Source: Massalongia carnosa (taxonomy: Eukaryota). From it: a stretch of DNA of 64,000 bases. Under the pieces are notes generated by a model, which saw only the letters and a list, made by a program, of their open reading frames with translations, ran no database searches and was not told the origin of the DNA. Below are positions 1 through 9,157 of this stretch, piece after piece (position 1 is the stretch's first letter; every line of letters begins with the position of its first letter). The translations under genes were made by a program, and so were the position numbers. The stretch is from NCBI GenBank assembly GCA_965645245.1, contig OZ287074.1, positions 186,001 to 250,000 on the forward strand, in the 5' to 3' direction.

Positions 1-522
1 GTGTGTTATTTATGTGTTTTCCAACTACACGACAGACTAGGCGCGCTGTAGAACGCCATCAAGGAACAATGAGCGCGCTTTTTAACCTCGATGCAAGTTA
101 GACAAAAGGCCCGGATCTCAGTCTACATTGGACATCTAGTTGAGTCACGAAAATAGTAAGAGAATGACAGCTGCAAGCGGTCATTGATTCATAATTAACT
201 TGTCATCTCTATAGCTAGACTATATACGGCAAAGCTAGGATCGAGCGGCAATCATCCTTCATGAACAGGGTTGGACCTGGGTCGCGGAGGCCCTTCGAGC
301 GGAGCTCAATGCACTGGTTGCAACGGCCGCATTTGGGGTTTTCCACCCACCGTCGGAGATTGACGAGCTGGGCACCTTAAATAGCTTCAAGGGTGCCGCA
401 TCGGTCATCATAAGTAAGGCCCACGATGGCTAGATCCTATTCAGCGCGTCTGTTGTGATGCCCACCAAGACGAGTCCACTCATCCTCAGCGCGCTATTCC
501 GGTCGGGCGGCAGTTAACGATA

Positions 523-1225
523 TTGTCCCTCTTTTGTTACATGTTGCGCCCGAATACGTCAACAAATTTTCAGAGCGTCATGGGCCTTTATATCTATCAG
601 AGTGGCGCCAGGCGTAGAGTTCTGGATACTTTCTGTCAACTTGGCTTGACAATGTCGTATTCCACTCTTCAACGGCGCATGTCAAGCTTAAGTGACGAAG
701 CGAGGCGAAAAATAAGGACGATAGGACGACCTTCAACTACTGTTGTAACCTATGATAAATTTGTTTTTGCAGAAGGCCGAAGAGGCGAGAGAATTGGTGA
801 CGTAAGAGAGTTTCGATCAATTACGACCGCTTTGATATTTGAAGGACAGGGCCTTGGGGTAACGGTCTTGAGACAAAATATGTGGCAACCTGAGAATTAT
901 CCTTTGTCCGCCATATGACTCGCACTAAGATTGAAACCAGATGACATAGACGCACAGGTAAGCATCGACCACTTTTCCAAGCGGCTTACTTGAAACTGAT
1001 GAAATGTGGACGAAGATTCAAATTCATCATATCGAGTCGGCAATCCAAGCCCTTTACAATGCTAAATTCAGCGACTTCAACTTTCCTCGGGTTACATCCA
1101 TGCCTATATTGAAAAGACTGAATCGCCTTCGAACGAAGTATCATCCATTGAAGCCGGTTATGAAAGACGAAAGCACAACTGTTGAAGATCAAGCATTTGA
1201 GCTTGTGATTTCAACAAAGAACTGA
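523..1225 (+). pseudogene. DUF6589-like fungal transposon-associated (putative Academ-type transposase) gene fragment
   Basis: ORF 523-918 (NFQSVMGLYIYQSGARRRVLDTFCQLGLTMSYSTL...VVTYDK) resembles the region preceding DUF6589. It is broken by a stop at 916-918, has an intron donor GTAAGC at ~958, and is truncated near 1185 (KDESTT). Confidence 0.55.
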
Positions 1226-1540
1226 CTTGAATGTAAATCTCTAGTCAATCAAGAGGTGTTTTGATAAGTCGAGTTTCATCATGAAACCCACATGGACTTC
1301 TGACGCATTTTAAGGTTTCTTCATCTAACGTTGCAGAAACTCCCAAAAAGGGTATTCCATCTGGCAATCATGTTCGAAGCACCCCAAGATTGAAGTAATC
1401 AGGTCGAAAATCACGCCATTCCGATACCAGATGCAGCCCGTCGATAGCCAACAGACAAAGATTTGAGAAATAAGATGAATGACAGCGAACCATTTCGTTA
1501 AACAATTTCGACGTTGCTATTTCTGGAATCGTGAATACTG

Positions 1541-1721
1541 TGTCAGGGTCCTAGCCTGACATAAGGCTGAGATGGAAGGGGGGAGCACGCGAGCACGCGA
1601 GGCTAGCGCGACACTCGGTGCAGATATTTCTAGCGAGTCGCGCACAATGTTTCTTTTCTTCTTTTGTAGATAAATTTTAGTTTAATAGCGGTTGATTAGA
1701 ATCGACGACAGCTTCCTTACA
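1541..1721 (+). repeat. 5' LTR of element A
   Basis: Direct repeat of 7702-7882; TGTCAGG...CTTACA. Confidence 0.97.
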
Positions 1722-1930
1722 CAATTTATCTACCTATTAGTATTCTTTCTTCCAGAACTTCCAGTAGGGACGAGGTCCCGTTCCAGCAACTTTCTTCCAG
1801 ATAGGGTGAAAACCCGTTCCAGTAACTTTCCAGACTGATCGTTTGTGCGAATCCAAACCGATCCAAATTCCAGAACTTCCAGAACTTTTAGAATCAGGGA
1901 ATCAAGCTATCCCATTTTCAGAATCCAGTC

Positions 1931-3576
1931 ATGAGCTCAAAAACGCCCATGACGGCGAGAAAGGCCGTAGCCCCTCCCGCAGAGGCCCAGACCGGCCCAG
2001 CATTTAACACCCGTGCTCGTTCCGTCTCCCATCATTCGTCTCGCTCGGATAGCAGCATGCCGGGAACGTTTGAAGACTCCGAATTACTTCAGAACGAACA
2101 GATTAAAGAAACCACGGAGGGGACGTGGGAAAAAACCCCAAGAGCAGGACGTGAAAAAGAAAAGAAGTTTTTTCAGAAGATCGATGTCTCCGATCATCCA
2201 TATTACGAGAAGGAAGCCGCGGAACATCCGTCCCACGTTGCAGCACACAATTTGAAGGAATTGCAGAGCATCTTGCGAGACGAGAAAGAAGGACCCCGAT
2301 GGTATGACTTCCTCGCGAGAGCGCTCGAATACGACAAGACCCTATTCAACAAATACATCTCCTTGCAGGGTGACCTGGAGAAGCTTGGCGAGGCCAAAAG
2401 ATCAACAGACGTTACAAACAAGTACATGAACGTCTCATCACGGAAAAAGACGATGCCGAACGAGAGGCCCTTCTCGCGCAAGAAGAAATATCGCATAGAG
2501 ATATCGAATTAAAGGCAATGACTATAGCAAAAGAGAGATTACAGAAAGACATAGATTCCCTGGTCCGCCAGTTAGCGGAAACACGGGAAACACCACGTCA
2601 TCAACGAGAAGATACCGTTACTACCCGAAGCACCAACACCAACCCCCAGAATTGGCGACCCCGTGGTATAAACCCTAGCAAGCCACTTAAAGGTGAGGAC
2701 TCGGAGGAGTATAGTCCTTGGGCGTACTCCGTCCGCAATAAACTGAAGACAGACGCACCCCTCTACACCGATGAGAACGAAAAGGTCGGTTACGCGCTGT
2801 CTCAAATGGAAGCGCCGATCTTCGGGGCTATGCACTCTTGGATAGTGGATATGGGAGACTCACTATCGGCCGACGCTTTATTCGAAGAGATAGAGCACTA
2901 TATGGGCATTCACCTCCAGAGTCGCGACGCCAAGAAAGAACTCCTCACCGTCACCATGAAAGGGGGCGAAAGCGTCAGCGAGTATTATCACCGAATCTTC
3001 AAGCTATGGCAGAAAGCCAAAACTCCCGTTGACGAGCGAATTGAGAAGTTCCTCGTGACGTTAAAGCCTAGCATCTCCAACTCTCTTATGGGTTCAGTCT
3101 TTACTGATTTCCGCCCTTTACTTGACGAAGCACGAAGAATCAAAGACCGCCGCAAAGATGTGGCGCACCACTTTCCTCGTCCCGATAAACCAGCCGCAAC
3201 GAAGAATTCCAGCCAACGAAGCAACTTCTCCAGCGGACAATCCTCAACCCAGTCCTCCGGCGGAAAGTCCGCCTCATCCTCCATCAATCAAACCAGCTCC
3301 AAGAAATCTGATGATCGGCCGAATGCGAAACTGATGCCAACGATATTCAAACCGGCCGGTTGGGTAGGCACCTGGTATGATCCAGACCCAAACCCAAAGA
3401 AGCTGAAGGACGACGAGCGCGAGTCCCTCTCCCGTCAACGCCGATGCTGGGCATGCAGGGGATCAGGACATCGAGGAAACGATACCATTTGTCCTCAATA
3501 CAGGGACAAGAATTTGAGCACCATGAGAACAGTAGAAACAGATTCGGGAGCGGAATCTGAGGCGGGAAAAGCCTAG
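1931..3576 (+). CDS. gag: Gag of element A, one apparent frameshift at ~2396-2399
   Basis: ORFs 1931-2512 and 2518-3576 join if one A is added to the A-run at 2396-2399. Retrotransposon gag core (MKGGESVSEYYHR) and Zn knuckle CWACRGSGHRGNDTIC; homologous to element B gag (GPAFNTRARS, KPxGWVGxWY). Confidence 0.9.
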
Positions 3577-6500
3577 TCCTTGATCGAAATCGCGATCAAG
3601 GGCTTACAAACAAGGAGGTTGTTAATGGGAACGGTGACACTGAAACGAAAATGATTAGGGTCTCTACTTGTGCTGTCCGCGATACTGAAAAGAAAATCGA
3701 GGGCAAGCATTTAGTTTTTAATACTAGCATAGCTGGAATTAAAACCCGTTTACTTATCGAAAATGGAAGTGAAGCTGAACTCATTGACGAATCCTTTGTG
3801 CGTAAACACAAATTGAACACCTTCAAATTGGATGAGAAGGTGAAACTTACTTTGGGAAATGGAGAGGTAGTACAGCTCCTCTCGAAGGCCGCCTTGATCG
3901 ACGTGAAAATCGGAGATCACGAAGAGCAAGTCTTATGTTATTTGGCAAAACTAGAAGCGTATGCAGTAATTTTAGGGGATGGATGGCTGCAAACGCGCAA
4001 CCCAATGATCAATTGGAAAGAGAGAACGATGAAGTTCAACTCATCAAATTGTCTTGAAAAAGGATGTCTTACACGAGGGATAACTTGCACCGAATTCGAT
4101 GTGGGAAGCAAGGTTAAGAATAGGATCGAGCCTAAGGAAGACATCGAAGTTCTTCCAGTCAACGCAAAACACTTCTTTCGAATGGCCAGAAAGAAGGATC
4201 ACGACGGCTATCTATGGATTCCTCGAGAAACAAAGAAGGCCTTCTGCGCAACTACCACCGGAGCAGTGACATCAGGAGATTACGACAAGTTCATGAAGGG
4301 AAAACCGGAATACACCCGAGAGGAGTTGTTGGAGAGAGTCCCAGCAGCTTATCACAGCGTAATAGATGTTTTCATGAAGCACAAGGCGGATGAACTGCCT
4401 GAACACCGGAAGGAGGATCATCAGATAAATCTCGAAGCGGGAAAAGAAGCTCCGTACGTAAGGAACTATAAACCCATGTCAGAACAAGAATTGGAAGCGG
4501 TTAAAAAATACATCGACGAGCATCTGGGAAAAGGCTTCATCCGTCCAAGTTCGTCAAGCGCAGCAGCCCCCGTTCTTTTAGTTAGAAAACCAGGGGGTGG
4601 TTTAAGATTTTGCGTAGATTATAGAGCCTTAAACTCCATCACGATCAAGAACAGGTACCCAATACCGTTGATAAATGAAACGTTGGGAAAACTATCACAA
4701 GCCAAGAAGTTCACAAAACTGGATGTGATTACCGCTTTCAATCGTATGAGAATGAAGGAAGGCCACGAATGGCTAACGGCTTTCAATACCAGATATGGTC
4801 AGTTCGAATATCTGGTAATGCCATTCGGTCTCTGCAACGCTCCGGGAACCTTTCAGAGCTTCATTAACGATACAGTCAGAGAATACTTAGACGTCTTCTG
4901 CACTGCGTACTTGGACGATGTCCTAATTTATAGCGAAAAGGAAGAAGAGCATTCCGAACAAGTGTTAAAAGTTCTAACTCGATTGAAGGAGAAAGGACTG
5001 CAAGTGGACATAGACAAATGCGAATTCTCTGTGACGGAAGTAAAGTATCTTGGATTAATAGTTACCACCGATGGAATAAAGATGGACTCGGAGAAAATCG
5101 AGGCGATTCTGAAATGGGAGACCCCAGGCTCCGTAAAAGACGTGCAAGCATTTTTAGGCTTTGCGAATTTTTATCGACGATTTATATCGAGATTTTCGCA
5201 ACGGACGAGATCGTTAACAGAATTAACAAAGGGCGAACAAATAACGACGAAATCAGGAAAGAAACGAACCAAGTATAATTCGTTTATATGGTCTGAAGAT
5301 TGTCAAAAGGCCTTCAAAGATTTAAAAATTGCGTTCACCACCGCTCCCGTCTTAGCACATTACGATCCGGCCCTGGAAACATGGATCGAGACTGACTCTT
5401 CAGATTTCGTCAGCGCCGGAGTACTCTCTCAAATGCACGATGGAGTACTGAAACCGGTAGCCTATTTTTCCAAGAAGATGACCCCTGCCGAGTGTAACTA
5501 TATGATTTATGATAAGGAACTCCTCGCTATTGTAAAGAGCTTCGAAGTCTGGCGCCCCGAGGTTGCAAGTGCTGCTCCTGATAAACCTGTTAAAGTATAC
5601 ACCGATCACAAGAATTTAGAGCACTTCATGACCACGAAGCAGCTAAATAGAAGGCAAGCCAGATGGGCCGAATTTCTTTCCGAATTTACTTTCAAGATTA
5701 TGTATCGACCGGGAAAGCAAGGAGAGAAACCGGATACGCTTACTCGACGCTCTCAAGATCTCCCGAAAGGATTCGAAGATATCAGAGAGCAACATCAGTT
5801 TCAAACGCTGCTTCAAGAGCATCAACTAGATGACGATGTACGAAAAGCGTTAGCAGTCGTGTTCTGCGCAAACACAGCGGACGACGACGACGACGACGAT
5901 AACAATCAAGATAATCAAAGCGAATTCATCGAGGAAGACACAACAGGATCGGAGGAACCCAACGCAGAACCTACATCAGTGATCGACGAGACCGAGAGCT
6001 CAGTAACGAAGACTTTGGAGGAACTAATTGAAGAAGCTTACGAAAAAGACGAAACAGTTCAAGACATAGTAGCAGCAAAGAGGAAGGAACTGAGGAAACT
6101 CCCATTGAACCTCATAAAAAGAGGAATAAAGCTAGCAATGGGGGACCTCAAACTAGAAAACGACAAGCTGTATGTCAAAGGAAGACTATACGTACCAGAT
6201 TACGAGCCATTGCAGCTACATTTACTGAAAAAGCATCACGAACCACCATTACAGGGCCATCCGGGATACAAAAGTATGTATCAGATAATGAGAGAAAATT
6301 ATTTCTGGTTTGAAATGAAGGATCACTGCAAGAGATACGCAGTTAACTGCTCCGTATGCCGAAGATCAAAAGCATACAACGACAAGAAGCAAGGCCTGCT
6401 GAATCCTCTTCCTATTCCAAATAGAAAATGGATGGACGTGTCATTGGACTTCGTCGAATTCCTTCCAGAATGCCGAAGACGAAACAGAGTCTATCAACAC

Positions 6501-7643
6501 ATATTAGTGATAGTAGATCGTTTAACGAAAAGACGATTATATGAACCACTAACCTCTCTCTCTACTGATGAACTGATGGATGCGATGTCCAGGAGATTAT
6601 TCTCCTCTTACGGATTTCCTATATCAACAGTAAACGATCGCGGTAGTCAACTAACCGCTCACTTATGGAAAAGAGTTTGCGAAAGATACGGGGTGAAAAT
6701 CAAATTCTCATCTGCACATCATCCCGAAACAGACGGTCAAACCGAAAACGCCAACAAGGTAATGAAAAATTATCTCCGAGCATACGTCAATTACACACAA
6801 GACAACTGGGTGGATTATCTTTCAGACGCAGAGTTTGCCGCCAACAATCATGTAAATGTATCAACGGGAATGACTCCATTCTTCGCAGACCATGGCTTCC
6901 ACCCACGCTGTGGCATCGAACCACCAGGCACATACGAAGGAAAAGGAAAAGTAGAGAAACTGCATGCTGACAAAATCATAGAACGGCAAGAAGCCATGCG
7001 AACCTGGCTCCGAGATCAATTAGCCTGGGCTCAGGAAGAACAAACACGACACGCAAACAAACAAACACGACACGCAAACAAACAAACACGACACGCAAAC
7101 AAAGGCCGTCAACCTCACCCCGAATACAAAATCGGGGACATGGTTTATGTAAACGCCAAGCACTTTGCTTCAGAAAGACCCAGCAGATCATTAAGCTTCA
7201 AGAACATAGGACCATGGAAGATAATAAGAATTATTGACAATAAAGCATACGAATTAGAGATCCCGGATCAGTTAAAGAACGTCGGGCTTACCCTCATCTT
7301 TCATCCGTGGAAGCTACATCTCGCACCTTCCAACCCATTCCCAGGACAAGTCGTACCGCCTGGACCGCCCATAGCCATAACCGAAAACGACGAAGAGGAG
7401 GCCCACGAAGAATGGGAAGTCCTCGAAATAATAGACTGCCGCGAAACAAGAAAGTTCGGCGTGCAGTACAAAGCAACCTTCATTGGAAATTGGGATGAAT
7501 GGAACGCGAACCCTTACTGGCAACCATGGACCGACTTCAAGAATTCAAAGGACAAAATCCTCCAATATCATCGAGAACATCCACAGAAACCCAAACCACC
7601 AGATGATCTAACAAAAATAGATGATAATCAAGAATCAGGCTAG
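3564..7643 (+). CDS. pol: Pol of element A (PR-RT-RNaseH-IN-chromodomain), reached by -1 frameshift
   Basis: RT YLDD and MPFGLCNAP; RNaseH ETDSSD/YDKELLAI; IN HHCC and DDE (HPETDGQTE); GPW module; C-terminal chromodomain (EWEVLEIIDCR). The frame is open from the slippery site at 3564. Confidence 0.95.
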   Translation, partial: GKSLVLDRNRDQGLTNKEVVNGNGDTETKMIRVSTCAVRDTEKKIEGKHLVFNTSIAGIKTRLLIENGSEAELIDESFVRKHKLNTFKLDEKVKLTLGNGEVVQLLSKAALIDVKIGDHEEQVLCYLAKLEAYAVILGDGWLQTRNPMINWKERTMKFNSSNCLEKGCLTRGITCTEFDVGSKVKNRIEPKEDIEVLPVNAKHFFRMARKKDHDGYLWIPRETKKAFCATTTGAVTSGDYDKFMKGKPEYTREELLERVPAAYHSVIDVFMKHKADELPEHRKEDHQINLEAGKEAPYVRNYKPMSEQELEAVKKYIDEHLGKGFIRPSSSSAAAPVLLVRKPGGGLRFCVDYRALNSITIKNRYPIPLINETLGKLSQAKKFTKLDVITAFNRMRMKEGHEWLTAFNTRYGQFEYLVMPFGLCNAPGTFQSFINDTVREYLDVFCTAYLDDVLIYSEKEEEHSEQVLKVLTRLKEKGLQVDIDKCEFSVTEVKYLGLIVTTDGIKMDSEKIEAILKWETPGSVKDVQAFLGFANFYRRFISRFSQRTRSLTELTKGEQITTKSGKKRTKYNSFIWSEDCQKAFKDLKIAFTTAPVLAHYDPALETWIETDSSDFVSAGVLSQMHDGVLKPVAYFSKKMTPAECNYMIYDKELLAIVKSFEVWRPEVASAAPDKPVKVYTDHKNLEHFMTTKQLNRRQARWAEFLSEFTFKIMYRPGKQGEKPDTLTRRSQDLPKGFEDIREQHQFQTLLQEHQLDDDVRKALAVVFCANTADDDDDDDNNQDNQSEFIEEDTTGSEEPNAEPTSVIDETESSVTKTLEELIEEAYEKDETVQDIVAAKRKELRKLPLNLIKRGIKLAMGDLKLENDKLYVKGRLYVPDYEPLQLHLLKKHHEPPLQGHPGYKSMYQIMRENYFWFEMKDHCKRYAVNCSVCRRSKAYNDKKQGLLNPLPIPNRKWMDVSLDFVEFLPECRRRNRVYQHILVIVDRLTKRRLYEPLTSLSTDELMDAMSRRLFSSYGFPISTVNDRGSQLTAHLWKRVCERYGVKIKFSSAHHPETDGQTENANKVMKNYLRAYVNYTQDNWVDYLSDAEFAANNHVNVSTGMTPFFADHGFHPRCGIEPPGTYEGKGKVEKLHADKIIERQEAMRTWLRDQLAWAQEEQTRHANKQTRHANKQTRHANKGRQPHPEYKIGDMVYVNAKHFASERPSRSLSFKNIGPWKIIRIIDNKAYELEIPDQLKNVGLTLIFHPWKLHLAPSNPFPGQVVPPGPPIAITENDEEEAHEEWEVLEIIDCRETRKFGVQYKATFIGNWDEWNANPYWQPWTDFKNSKDKILQYHREHPQKPKPPDDLTKIDDNQESG
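7041..7103 (+). repeat. 21-bp in-frame tandem repeat x3 (QTRHANK) in integrase of element A
   Basis: CAAACACGACACGCAAACAAA repeated three times. Confidence 0.95.
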
Positions 7644-7701
7644 CTGGCAGGGCGCCTGCCACTTAGCGCTTCGGAGACCTCGCCAATAGAAGGGGGGATA
7701 G

Positions 7702-7882
7702 TGTCAGGGTCCTAGCCTGACATAAGGCTGAGATGGAAGGGGGGAGCACGCGAGCACGCGAGGCTAGCGCGACACTCGGTGCAGATATTTCTAGCGAGTC
7801 GCGCACAATGTTTCTTTTCTTCTTTTGTAGATAAATTTTAGTTTAATAGCGGTTGATTAGAATCGACGACAGCTTCCTTACA
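7702..7882 (+). repeat. 3' LTR of element A
   Basis: Direct repeat of 1541-1721, preceded by the PPT. Confidence 0.97.
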
Positions 7883-8751
7883 TACTGTAAGTAACAATTA
7901 GAGCGCTTCCTTGTATACAAACAGATTTATTCGACTTATCATGAGTGTAACGACTATGACGAATAGCAGTCAAGGTAGACGAGTTGTTATTATCTCCGTT
8001 CAACACTATTGGTCGACAGTTGTCGATGAGAGTAAGTTTATCACATTGCTCTTCTTTCAGTGCAATCAAAGGCATGATTATCAATACCGACTTGCAAGGC
8101 GAAAACATCAAAGGAGCACTTTGAAATAGTATGCCTTTTCCGAAGTCTTTTTTTGCTATCAAAATCAAATCCATCTTATCGCACAACAGATGATGAAGAG
8201 CATCCACCTACGCCCTCTTTAGACGAAACCCGAAATAACGATCAACAACGCTCTCGATCTTCTCAAGAGTCAACGCCTGTATCGCGTCGTTCATATTGAT
8301 GTAATAGCGCTACAATCTCAATCGAGTTTCGAACTGTCAAAAAGCACGCTAGCAAGGACGACGACTAGATTTGCGAGTTTGGAGCCCTGAAGGACTACAA
8401 TAACTTGACCCGTCAAGGCAATATGATGGATATAAGCGCCGACCGTTGATTTGAAGAGCAAGACTCAGTTTGATATTGTCGTGCTGTTGTCGGGATTTGA
8501 GAAACAATTTGAGTCGATGTTGCTCGACGAGGAAGATATTCGCGCAACGCATGCAGGGCGCTTAAATTTTAGGACATTCAATAAAGCATATCTGAAAGTA
8601 GCGTCGACAATGAAGTATTATATAACAATTATCATGTGTTATTGTTGATCCTGTCCTGAACGTGAAAAACGATGATTTTTATCTTAAGCACGAGATTTAC
8701 ATGTGTTGTCACCAAAATAACGCGAACCTGGCAAAATTGAAGAGTTTTGAA

Positions 8752-8891
8752 CTCAGACCTGCCGCCCGAAGCATACGTAGTAAGCTAAACAGAGTCTTAA
8801 CCCAAACTATTCACTAAACTAGCTTAGCTTTAGACTAATAATATATTAATCTGAATAGGTTTAGCTGTGGCGAGGGCAAGGCAGGTCTGAG
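8752..8891. repeat. ~140-bp imperfect fold-back, MITE-like
   Basis: Nested inverted repeats CTCAGACCTGCC/GGCAGGTCTGAG, AGCTAAAC/GTTTAGCT and CTATTCA/TGAATAG; no clear TSD. Confidence 0.55.
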
Positions 8892-8947
8892 GTACTGAGG
8901 CAAACGAAATGCCGCATCTTCTCACTTTCCAACCATTACTTTCAAAC

Positions 8948-9157
8948 ATGAATAAATCCACCCTCAACGCTCGTATCGAGCTCGCAATTGCTGATCTGAA
9001 TCAGCAAGATCAGCCTAACCTCTGGGGGACAGCTAAAGGTTTAGCCTAGTCGAAAGTACCCTCCGGAGGCGCTGGAAAGGCTAAACGGTGTCCCAAAAGG
9101 CAGCCGCGTCAATTTACAAGCAACGACTTACCTTGGCCCAGGAAGAGGCCTTAATTA
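8948..9157 (+). pseudogene. pogo/Fot1-type transposase N-terminal HTH fragment, truncated at the hAT end
   Basis: MNKSTLNARIELAIADLNQQDQPN...STLRRRWKG*...QRLTLAQEEALI, with a frameshift and a stop; typical HTH_psq/CENP-B start. Confidence 0.7.

Larger units (their letters stand above)
1541..7882 (+). mobile_element. Ty3/gypsy chromovirus LTR retrotransposon (element A), full length
   Basis: 181-bp TG...CA LTRs at 1541-1721 and 7702-7882, identical by eye; TSD TACTG (1536-1540, 7883-7887); PPT GAAGGGGGGATAG 7689-7701; gag and pol ORFs. Confidence 0.97.
1190..8294 (-). pseudogene. RecQ-like SF2 helicase pseudogene split by LTR element A
   Basis: 7878-8294 gives a degenerate Walker A (LIAKKDFGKG) and motif Ia (IIMPLIAL). 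Across the TACTG target duplication the minus strand continues (1190-1535) as LLAIDGLHLVSEWRDFRPDY...GVSATLD, i.e. motif II, the RecQ aromatic loop and motif III. Contains stops and is truncated. Confidence 0.8.

Noticed and set aside
7878..8294. Host SGS1 or telomere-linked helicase gene
   Set aside because: Short, degenerate, without a long N-terminus or telomere context, and paired with a transposase-like gene.
8820..8837. Academ-type TAG terminus (...TTTAGACTA)
   Set aside because: It lies in the middle of the 8752-8891 fold-back, and no partner TIR is visible in the window.
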